A stretch of DNA of 64,000 nucleotides from Lama guanicoe (lineage: Eukaryota), in NCBI GenBank assembly GCA_013239625.1, contig MU054001.1, positions 6,621,078 through 6,685,077 of the forward strand, given 5' to 3'. The notes beneath the pieces are model-generated. The model made no database searches and was not told where the DNA came from. It saw only the letters and a program-made list of their open reading frames with translations. Of the stretch, positions 10,715-21,830 are shown in pieces. The position numbers and the translations under genes are program-made. Within the stretch, counting starts at the first letter, position 1. Each line of letters starts with the position of its first letter.

Positions 10715-13236
10715 CAGACATATCTTATCTTACTATGCTTCACTTTGTTGCATTTCACAAATACTGATTTTTTTTTTAACAAACTGAAGGCTTGTGGCAA
10801 CTCGCATTGAGCAAGTCTGTTGGTACCATTTTTCCAACAGCATTGGCTCACTTGATGTCTCTGTGTCACATTTTGATAATTTTCAGAATATTTCAAATTT
10901 TTAAATTATTGTATTTGTTATAGTGATATGTGATCAGTGATTTTTTTTATTTTATTGAGTTTTAGTCAGTTTACAATGTTGTATCAATTTCCAGTGTAGA
11001 GCACAATTGTTCAGTCATACATGAATATACATATATTCATTTTCATATTCTTTTTCACCATGAGCTACTACAAGATCTTGTATATATTTCCCTGTGTTAT
11101 ACAGTATAAGCTTGTTTATCTATTCTATATATACCTGTCAGTATCTACAAATCTCAAACTCCCAGTCTGTCCCTTCTGATCCCCCTCCCCCCTGGCAACC
11201 ACAAGTTTGTATTGTATGTCTGTGAGTCTGTTTCTGTTTTATATTTAAGGTCATTTGTCTTTTTTTTGTCTTTTTTTTTTTTTTTAGATTCCACAAATGA
11301 GTGATATCATGTGGTATTTTTCTTTCTCTTTCTGGCTTACTTTACTTAGAATGACATTCTCCAGGAACATCCATGTTGCTGCAAATGGTATTATGTTGTC
11401 ATTTTTTATGGTTGACATTGTATAAATATACCACAACTTCTTTATCCAGTCATCTGTTGATGGACTTTTAGGTTGTTTCCATGTCTTGGCTATTGTAAAT
11501 AGTGCTGCTATGAACATTGGGGTCTTTTTACATTAGGGTTCCTTCTGGATATATGCCCAGGAGTGGGACTACATACAGTAAGTCTATTTTTAGTCTTTTG
11601 AGGAATCTCCATACTGTTTTCCACAGTGGCTGCACCAAACTGCATTCCTACCAACAGTGTAAGAGGGTTCCCCTTTCTCCACAGCCTCTCCAGCATTTAT
11701 CACTTGTGGACTTTTGAATGATGGCCATTCTGACTGGTGTGAGGTGATACCTCATTGTAGTTTTGATTTGCACTTCTCTGATAATTAGTGATATTGAGCA
11801 TTTTTTTCATGTGCCTATTGGTTATTCATATGTCTTCCTTAGAGAATTACTTGTTTAGGTCTTCTGCCCATTTTTGGATTGGGTTGTTTGTTTTTTTCTT
11901 ATTAAATCATAAGAGCTGTTTATATATTCTGAAGATCAAGCCTTTGTCAGTTTCATCTTTTGCAAATATTTTCTCCCATTCCATAGGTTGTCTTTTTTTT
12001 GCTTATGGTTTCCTTTGCTGTGCAAAAAGCTTATAAGTTTAATTAGGTCCCATTTGTTTATTTTGCTTTTATTTCTATTACTTCGGTAGATTGCCCTAGG
12101 AGAAGTTTGCTGAGATGTATGTAAGGTAATGTTTTGCCTGTGTTTCCTTCTAAGAGATTTATTGTGAATTGTCTTATATTTAAGTCTTTGATCCATTTTG
12201 AGTTTATTTTTGTGTATGGTGTGAGGGAGTGTTCTAGCTTCATTGATTTCCATGCTTCTTGGCAATTCTCAGTCTTTTGTGGTTCCATATAAGTTTTATT
12301 ATGATTTGTTCTAGTTCCGTGAAATATGTCCTGGGTAATTAGATAGGGATTGCATTAAATCTGTAGATTGCCTTGGGCAGTGTGACCGTTTTAACAATAA
12401 TGATTCTTCCAATCCAGGAGCATGAGATATCTTTCCATTTTTTTTTAAGTCTTCTTTAATTTCCTTAATCAGTGTTTTATAGTTCACCATGTATAAGTCT
12501 TTCACCTCCTCGGTTAGATTTATTCCTAGGTATTTTATTACTTTGGGGTCTATTTTTTAAAAGATTGTTTATTTTCTTTTCCTGTTGATTCATCATTAAT
12601 GTAAAGAAATGCAACTGATTTTTGTATATTAATCTTGTAACCTGCTACCTTGCTGAATTCTTTTACCAGTTCTAGTCCTTTTTTTGTGGAGCTTTTAGGG
12701 TTTTCTATATATAGTATCATGTCATCTGCATATAGTGACAATTTTACCTCTTCTTTTCCAATTTGGATCCCTTTTATTTCTTTCTCTTGCCTGATTGCTG
12801 TGGCTAGGACTTCCAAGACTATGTTGAATAGGAGTGGTGAGAATGGACAACGTTATCTTCTCCCAGATTTTAGTGGGAAGGTTTTGAGTTTTTCACCATT
12901 GAGTACTATGCTGGCTGTAGATTTATCATAAATAGCTTTTATTATGTTGAGATATGTTCCCTCTATACCCACTTTGGTGAGTTTTTATGTGATCAGTGAT
13001 TTTTTATGTTACTATTGTAACTGTCTTTTTGTTTTGCATTTTTAAGGTATATACATTGTCCTCAAAAGGACATAATGCTATTGCATAATGCTATATTGTA
13101 TAGACTACAATGTAGTATAAACATAACTTTTATATACACTGGGAAACCAAAAAATTTAGGTAGATTGCTCTACTGTGATACTCATTTTATTGCGGTGGTC
13201 TGAAACCAAACCCACAGTATCTCCAAGATATACCTA
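10715..13236 (+). mobile_element. Internally deleted Tigger1 split by an L1 insertion (Tigger parts about 10715-10946 and 12986-13236)
   Basis: Tigger1 left end TA|cagacatatct...gaaggcttgtggcaac and right end attgcggtggtctgaaacc...gatataccta|TA. Confidence 0.88.
10947..12985 (-). mobile_element. Young 5'-truncated lineage-specific L1 (RT end, ORF2 C-terminus, 3'UTR)
   Basis: ORF2 peptides ([33 protein letters not shown]); 20-bp TSD TATGTGATCAGTGATTTTTT at 10927-10946 and 12986-13005. Confidence 0.95.
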
Positions 13237-13984
13237 TACTTGTAAGCACTTTAAATGCATTGTTGTTAACACCATTTACCTGGACTAGCCCTTTGTATTT
13301 CTCCATTTATTAGTCAAAAAACTGTATTTTCAGAAACTTAATTCTCAAAATAGTTTCTCATGCCTGGAAGCCTTCAGGATTAAAGGTAACAAATTACAAA
13401 CACTTTCTATACCCATCCCACTCTTGATAAGGAAAGGTAGGGACCTATTATGGGTAGATATACCTAGATATTCACCCACAAATTAAGTACCCCTACAAAT
13501 CTATGAAGCGCATCTCTACTCAGGGCTGTTGTTACTAAACCATCAAAGGTAAAATGATCTTGGCTTCATAGATAAAGCTTTTTCATACAAAGAAATCCTA
13601 TAGCAAAATGTTTCAAGATAAAGGCAAAATAAGATCACCAAGATGAATTAAGAGATCTTAGATTTATACATGGGTCCAGTGGATTCCTATGGTAATTGCA
13701 AAAGAATAAGTTTTATTCTATGTTTTAAAAAATAATTTTTCTTTTGTTCTTTAGAAGACCTCTAAGAAAGGATAAAAGGAAATATTAATCTTTACAAATA
13801 GCTAGAACTAATTACTTAAAAAAAGAAACTCAAAAACTTGAACTGTGTCCAAGAGACCATGATTGTATGCTGAGGATTAAGCTAGGATACTTACGGGCCA
13901 ACGCCTCAGTATAAAGGTGAACTAAAGTTAACCAACCCCTGTGAGGACTTGCAGCCTAGCTTTACATCACCTGATTAGTTATTT

Positions 13985-14200
13985 TAAAAGACTAATAGAT
14001 TAGGGAGTGCTTTTGATCAATACCTGTACAGAAGAAAGGAAGGAAGCAAGACTGGGCAGAGGCTAAAAGCAAGCTGTGATGCATTCTCAGTGGAGCGAGA
14101 ATGGGATGACCTCGTCTATCTCCTACCTGTCCTCAGTTAGGGTAAGAAAGCTGAGCCTTTATACCCCCACATTCATCAGTTATCAGCTATAGGCTGCCCA
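13985..14200. mobile_element. ERVL LTR fragment (MLT2-like)
   Basis: ggaaggaagcaagactgggcagagg...gagcctttatacccccac...tcagctataggctgccc. Confidence 0.7.
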
Positions 14201-14579
14201 AAGAGCCTCTATCAAGAAAAACAAAACAGGCACAAATAATCAATATCAGAAATGTGAAAGGAGATCTAACTACAGATAATGTATATATTAAAAACAGGAA
14301 GATGTTACAATTTTATACTAACAAATTTGAAAGTTTTTAACAAAATTGACCAATTCCTATGAAAACATCACTAAAACAGATTCAAACAGAAGCCCTGACT
14401 ACTCCTCTGGTAGTTGCTATAATGTGGTGTCCAGATCCTCCTTCAAGAGAAAGGACTTACTATCCTACTTCCTGGGAATGCCTTCAGTAGTCAGCTGTTA
14501 GCCCCCTCTGGGGACTGCCTCAGCTGAAAAGAGCAGACGCAGCTAAGATCATTCCACTCCTCTTAATGTAAAAATCCTC

Positions 14580-16495
14580 TATGTGTATAAACTAAATAGA
14601 TAAAGCAAAAACAGACGCATATGGAGAAACAGACACACCACGATTTAGATTGGAAGTGTCAACACTCCTCTACAGTGACTGATAGAGAAAGTAGGCAGAA
14701 AAATCAGAAAGCTTAGCGATAGCCTGAAAAGCACTACCAATCAATCAGCTTAACCTAATGGGTATTTATAAAACACTCCAACAACAGCGAAGCAGAATCG
14801 TTTTATGTGTACATGGAACATTCACTGAGATAGACCTTACTCTGGGCTATGAAACAAACTTCACCAAATTTAAAAGAGGAGAAAGCATACAACAATCCTC
14901 AGGCTAAAATTGGACTAATATTTGGAAATGAATTAACTTTAAAATAACCATGGAGTCAACAAGGAAGTCTCAAAGGAATGTAAAGTTTTTTAACCAAATA
15001 AAAATAAAAATACAACATAAAATTTTTAGGAGAAAGAGAAAGCAGTGCTTAAAGGGAAATGTATAGTGTTAAATGCATATATTAACAAAGAACAAAATCA
15101 AAAAACGGTAGCCTAGGCTTCCACCTTAATAAACTAGAAACAAAGATCAAATTAAACCTAAGCAAACAGAAAATAGAAGAAAATGACTACAGCAGAAATC
15201 AATGAAATTAAAAGGTGGTTCTTTGAAAAGATCAATAATATTGATATACTTCTAACCAGGCTGACCAGGAGAAAAAAGGAACAGACATATAATCAACATA
15301 ATTAACAAAAGAGAACATATCACTACTGCCCTCACAGATATTAATGGCATAATAATAAAAAAAATACTAGGAACAAAGCTATGCTCATGAATTCAGTAAG
15401 TTAGATAAAATGGATGGATCCATTTCTTAAACGATACAAACTACCAAAACACACTCAACCGGAAATCAATAAACCCCATATCTATTTTTAAAAGTTAAAT
15501 TTTTATATTAAAAAACAAATCTTCCACAAAAGAAAACCCAGTGGAACAGAAGGGTTCACTGACAAATTTTACAAACATCTAAGAAATAATACCTGTTCTA
15601 CACAGTATCTGGAAGAAAAAGAAGAGGAAGGAATCCTCACAATTCTTTTCATAAGGTCAATATTTCCCTAATGTCAAAACCAGAAAGAGACATTACACAA
15701 AAAACTACAGGCCAATAGCCCTCAAAACATAGATGCAGAAATCCTCTAGAGAGCATTAGCAGATTGTGTGCAGAAACACATAGAAAGATAATACAGCATC
15801 ACCAAGTGGGTTTCATCCCAGAATGCAAGACGAATTCACTATTTGAAGGGGGGAAGAAAGCAACGTAATTTACCGTGTTATTAAATCAGAAAAACCATCT
15901 TATCCTCTCAATAGACACAGAAAGATATGACAAAATCTAACATTCACTCCTGATTTTAAGAAAGAAAACTGGGGAAGGGCTAAATTAGGAGTTTAGGATT
16001 AACATATACAGACATTACTATATATAAAATAGATAAACAAGAAGGATCTACTGTGTAGCACAGGGAACTATATTCAACATCTTGCAATAAACTATAATGG
16101 AAAAGAATCTGAAAAAGAATATATGTATATGTACAATCAAATCACTTTGCTATATACCCAAAACTAACACAAGATTGTAAATCAACTATAATTCAATTTT
16201 TTAAAAAACTAAGCAAACTGTTAATAGAACTTCCTTAACCTAGTAAAGGGCATTAGTAAAAACATTAGTTAAAAAGAAAAACTACAGCTAATACATATTT
16301 CATTGTGAGAGACTGAATGCTTTCCCTCTTAAGATTAGGCACAAGGCAAGGATGTCCTTTCCCACTGATGCTTTCAACATTGTACTAAACCTTAAGTAGA
16401 GTAGTAAGTTAAGAAAAGGAAATAAAAGACATATAATTGGAAAGTGAGAAATAAAATCATCCCTATTAGTAGATGACATAATAGTCTAGAAAATC

Positions 16496-16534
<39 letters not shown>

Positions 16535-17705
16535 CCCTGTAGAACTAAGTGAATTCAGCAGGTTCAGCATGATAGAAGGGCAACACAAAAAAATCAACCA
16601 TATTCCTATAGAAATGCAATGAGCAACTGCAAATTGAAAATTTTAAAATATCATTTAAAATAGATCCAAAAATAAAATTCTTATGTATAAATATAACAAA
16701 GTGTGTGTAAGATTTGTATGCTGAAAACTATAAAGTAGTGATGAAAGAAATCAAGGAAGACTTAAATGTAAGTACACTGTGTTCATGGATTGGAAGATTC
16801 AACCTAGTCAAGTTGTCAGTACTCCCCAAAGTGATCTATAGATTTAATAACATCCCTATCAAAGGGATCTATAGATTTAATAACATCCCTATCAAAATCC
16901 CAGCAGGACTTTTTGTGGACATAGACAAGATTACTGTAAATGTATATGAAAAAGTAAAAGAACCAGTACTATAAAACAATTTTGAAAAAAGAAGTCAAAG
17001 TTGAAGGAATCAAATTACCTGATTTTAAGACTTATAAAGGTATAATAATCAGGATAGTGTGGTACTGGAAGAAAGACATAGATCAACGGAACAAAACAGA
17101 AAGTCCAGAAATAAACCCACACAAATATAGCTATTTGATCTTGACAAAAGTGTAAAAGTAATTCAGTGGAAGACAGTCTTTTCAACAAAAAGTGTTAAAA
17201 GAATTGGTCATCCCTGTGCAACGAAAAAAAGAACTTAACCTAAACCTCATAAATTTGTACAATAATTAACTCAAAATGGATCATAACCTTAAATGTAAAA
17301 CATAAGACTATCAAACTGTTAGAAAAAAATGAGAGAATACCATCATGAACTGTGTAAGGCAAAAAGTTCTTAGAAATGACTAAAGGAAAAAAATTGACGA
17401 ATTTGACATCATGTAAATTTAAAAACTTTTTTTTTTGCCAAAAACACTTTCAAAAGAATGGACAAAGAAATTATTTGCAAATCACATATTCAACAACAGA
17501 CTTGAATCCAGAATGTATAAAGAACTGTAAGAACTCAACAGTACATAAACAAATAACCCAATTTAAAAGTGGTCAAGAACTTGGACACTTCACCAAAGGA
17601 GATATATAAATGGCAACTAAGCTCATGAAAAGATACTTAACATCAACAGCCATTAGGGAAATGAATACTAAAACCATGAAAAGATGCTACTACACACCTA
17701 TCATT
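14580..17705 (+). mobile_element. Old L1 ORF2 remnant with a nested younger L1 3' end (about 15971-16210)
   Basis: Continuous degenerate ORF2 (EN to C-terminal; CSWIGRFNLVKLSVLPKVIYRFN); nested gtagcacagggaactatattcaa artiodactyl-type 3'UTR. Confidence 0.9.
16499..16530. repeat. (CA)n microsatellite
   Basis: About 16 AC units. Confidence 0.95.
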
Positions 17706-18090
17706 GTACAAATAAACTTGCACTTGTTTCAGTTTTACTAAACAGGTTTAAACATAAACAGCTCTCCTTTCAAAACAGGATTTGGGCTTTTAAGAAAAAG
17801 ACACCATATCTGTTAGCAGTGTTATTCTAAGAACTACAACCAGGACCTTTCTTAGTTTTTCACAATCAAATGAAAGTAACTGGATGATCAGAAATTTTCC
17901 TGATAAAGTTGAAATACTTAAGTACTGGAAGTAGGTAATATTTCATAAAAATTTTCTTGCTTTGGAATTATGCTAAGCAGAAATTTGGAAACAAGTTTAG
18001 ATGACATTGTTACTGAAAGAACTGGTTTTAACTCCCTGCAGACAACTCTGCTTCAATACCATTAACACAGGGATAATTTTGGTTCGTGAG

Positions 18091-18478
18091 TGTATAGACT
18101 GAACTGTGTCCCCTCAAAATGCATTTGTCGAAGCTCTAACCCGTAATGTGATTGTATCTGGAGACAGGACCTTTAAGGATGTAATTAAGGTTAAATGAGG
18201 TCACAAGAGTAGGACCTTAATGCAATCTGACTGATGTCCTTATAAAAAGAAAAGACAAGAGGAGTTTGTGGAGCACAGAGGAAGGGCCATTTGAAGTCAC
18301 AAGAAGAAACTTGCAATCTCCAAGCCAGGAACAGAAGTCTCCCCCAAAACCACCTCTATCAGCACCCTAATCTTGGACTTCTAGCTTCCAGAACTGTGAG
18401 CAAATAAATTTTTACTGTTTACTGGATGGCTATCCAGTCTGTGGTATTTTGTTATGACAGCCCAAGCTGACTAATTCA
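18091..18478 (+). mobile_element. MaLR solo LTR (MLT1A/B-like)
   Basis: TG...CA ends; aattaaggttaaatgaggtca; ttggacttctagcttccagaactgtgag; aataaattt. Confidence 0.88.
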
Positions 18479-18731
18479 ATGAACTAAAAAATTTAAAATT
18501 TTCTTTTCCTTCCCTAAAAAAGCCTACAGTTGTATTAACAACACTAAAATCTTCATACACTGAGATATATGATTTTGTTTTTCACTAAATTTCTCCATCA
18601 GTGTTCCCATATCTGCACACTGTAAGAAAGGCAGAGTGAGACTCCTAATTTTTTTTACTACAAATAGATTTTCTGTACACCAGACTTGTTATGTGTAAAT
18701 TCCTATATTTTCCTTAGTTATGGTATATCTC

Positions 18732-19079
18732 TGTATTAGTTTCCTCAGGCTGCCATAACAAAATAACATAGACTGGGTAAGTAACATTCATTTCCTCACG
18801 GGTCTGAAGGCTGGAAGTCCCAGATCCAGGCTCCAGCCAATTTGGTTCCTGGCTTGCAGGCTGCTGTTTTCTCACCAGGTCTTTTCCACATGCTTTGTGC
18901 TCTCTGCTGTCTCTTCTTATAAGAAACTAATTCCTACAAGGTCCGGGTCCCACCCTTATGATTTCATATAACCGTGGAGGCCTCATCTCCAAATACAGTC
19001 ACACTGGGGCAGTGGCGGGGGGAAGGGGTAAAATGTCAACATGTGAATTTTGAGAGAAACAAACATTCAGTCCACAACA
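18732..19079 (-). mobile_element. MaLR solo LTR (MLT1-like)
   Basis: tgtattagtttcctcaggctgccataacaaa...atctccaaatacagtcacact...acattcagtccacaaca. Confidence 0.88.
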
Positions 19080-19890
19080 ATCTCCAAACATAACAACCTG
19101 CCTTTCTAGGCTATCACTTAATAAAATGTTACAGCTCCCAAACTCCAGCAAGAAAGAAAGATAGCAAAAATCTTTTTGGTACATAAACACTGAGATAAAA
19201 TGCAGCATGTTTAAAGTACGTCGATGCTACACATCACCGTTCAAGTGCGACAGGAGACTTGGTCGGAGAAAACTAAATATAAACAACAGGAATGATCTGT
19301 GAGGAGCTGGAGAAGCTTGACCTCTGCCCAAAAGATGAGGCAGGAAGCCCTCAATCACCTGGGCACTGGCAGGTAATCTGGGAACAGACTGGGTGCTACT
19401 GGGTGGTCTTCCGGGGAAATAATAATTCAAATACAGAACTCCCCGGCTGAGAGAGAGGCAAACTGCTTTCCTTTTGATTTAGTTAACATATGGCCACACA
19501 GTAGTCTCAGCTGTGATCTGTGCTTTACCACATTCCTTGGAAAATCCACTACAATTACACTAGTACATCCAAAAGATAGGTGTCTTAAACGGGAGCCACA
19601 AAATGAACATTCTCAATCCACTCCCATACTAGAGGAGAAAGGACTTCTTAGGTTTCATCAAAATGGTATACCACTAAGAGCTACTGGGCTAAATGAAGAG
19701 TGAGTGCCGTGCACTTTTGAATTACTACGGTTGCTCTAATTGCTCCCCTTTTATTATTTCCTCAACTCACCTGCCAGATTAATCTTTCCAGAACTCCATT
19801 GCTCCACTATTAAAAAAAAAACTGCCTCTGGCTTCCTGAATCAAGTACAAACTGCTCTGCCTAGCATTCAAGCAAGAATCTCCACAATCA

Positions 19891-20601
19891 AATAAATGCT
19901 GGAGCAGGTGTGGAGAAATGGGAACCCTCCTACACTGTTGGTGGGAATGTAAACTGGTGCAGCCACTGTGGAGGACAGTATGGTGGTTCCTTAAAAACTG
20001 AAAATAGACTTGCCATGTGATCCAGTGATCCCACTCCTGAGCATATATCCAGAGAAAAATGTAATTCAAAAACACACATGCACCCCAATTTTCACAGCAG
20101 CACCATTTACAATAGCCAAGATATGGGAACAACCCAAATGTCCATCAACAGATGACTGGATAAAGAAGCTGTGGTATATTTATACAATGGAATACTACTC
20201 GGCCATAAAAAAGAATAAAATAATGCCACTTGCAGCAACATGGATGGACCTGGAGATTGTCATTCTAAGTGAAGTAAACCAGAAAGAAAAATGCCATATG
20301 ATATCACTTATATGTGGAATCTTAAAAAAAAAAGGACACAAATGAACTTATCTACAAAACAGAAACAGACAGACACAGAGAACAAATTTATGGTTACCAG
20401 AGGGTAAAGGGAGGGGTGGGAAGGGGTGAACTGGGAGTTTGAATACTGCATCTCTTTAGGAGTGATGGAAATGTTAACTATCTTGGTTGTGGTGGTGGTT
20501 TCACTGGTGTATACGTCTATCAAAATTCATCAAATTATACATCTAAAATATGTGTAGTTTACTATACAGGAACCATAGCACAATAAAGTTTTTAAAAAAT
20601 A
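19891..20601 (+). mobile_element. 5'-truncated L1 with chimeric 3' end, inserted in an L2 remnant
   Basis: ORF2 C-terminus ([20 protein letters not shown]); imperfect 17-bp TSD aagaatctcYaYaatca at 19874-19890 and 20602-20618. Confidence 0.9.
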
Positions 20602-21574
20602 AAGAATCTCTATAATCACAGTCCATCATATTCAATATTATGTTCACTACCAAACACAACTCTGGCCCCAAATGTGATGCTCACCCCTGCTCCTTGTCTG
20701 CTGTGAAAGCTCTTCCACCCTCTCTCCTCTCCACTTGACATCCACAGCCTTTCCATTCTTTGTGTGTCACCACCTCATTCATGAAGCGTTCTCTGATGAC
20801 ATCACACAAACATAGATTCTGCCTTCAGTCAACAACTACACATGAAGAACCACTATTCCTGAAGCTGAGAGGCTCCTTCCTCCCAATTCATTTGGTCCAT
20901 CATTGTCTAGGACTTAGATTTAATACTCTTATTACTGTTCTTTATTATATTTGTGGAAAAGGCTCTTAAATATTTTACTAGTTGGTTGCATGCAATCTCA
21001 GCTTAACTGTAGGTGATCTGTCCTTAGGAAACCCAAATATACACGTCTTGTGTATGTTCCACAGCATCTTGTGTATGCTCCTTGGTAAAGGGCCAAATAC
21101 CTTGACATTAATTAATGTTCAATGTTTTCACTTGTAAACCTTGTTAATACTAACTTTTGTAGGGACAGAAGGAAAGAATTTTTTCAGTTGCCACACATTG
21201 TCTTGTTAGACAAATATTGATGGAGTTCTCACTATGGGTAAGATACAGGCACAAAGATTCCATCTATAATGGTAGGGCCTGAATCTTGGATGTTTCCCCA
21301 GCACTTATCACTGTGCTTTTCCACACATAGTTAATACTCAATAGGTATGTGTTAAGTGGATACACGAATGTAGCCTCCTTGCCCTCAAGCAACTTATATT
21401 TTAATAGTGGGGGTAAATGAGACACAAGTGATGAACAAATAAACAAGTAGATGGGCAAGGTAATTTCAGAGCGCGATAATCACTATGGAGTAAATGGAAC
21501 AGGAGAATTAACACCACATACTATGCAGTTATTTGCGATTCTGGAGATTTTTTTCAACGGAGTCAAACGACCCC

Positions 21575-21830
21575 ATCAGCATGGCTTACTGGTAAAGAGG
21601 GCATTCTCTGGAGGCAGATTTCCGGGTTTCACCACCCGGCCTCCCTCACTCGCTGTGGGGCTCAGGACGAACAACTTAGCCTTCCTGGCCTCGTTTCCCC
21701 GGCCTCTGACAGTACCGCTCATGAGGTGAATCAAGGATTACGAAGAGTTGATTCCAAACACGTAGGGTTTGGCACTGGTCCTGGCAATCTGGGTTGCGGT
21801 AGGTGAGCGTTAGTAATCGCCACCGTCGGT
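21575..21830 (+). mobile_element. GC/CpG-enriched MIR at the CpG-island shore
   Basis: ctcactcgctgtggggctcaggacgaacaacttagccttcctggcctcgtttcccc aligns with the MIR core; the tail resembles the MIR 3' end. Confidence 0.7.

Noticed and set aside
11284..12931. Reverse-transcriptase-like ORFs (YADDM motif) and other L1 ORF fragments across the window
   Set aside because: Frameshifted, truncated L1 remnants; no intact ORF1 or ORF2.
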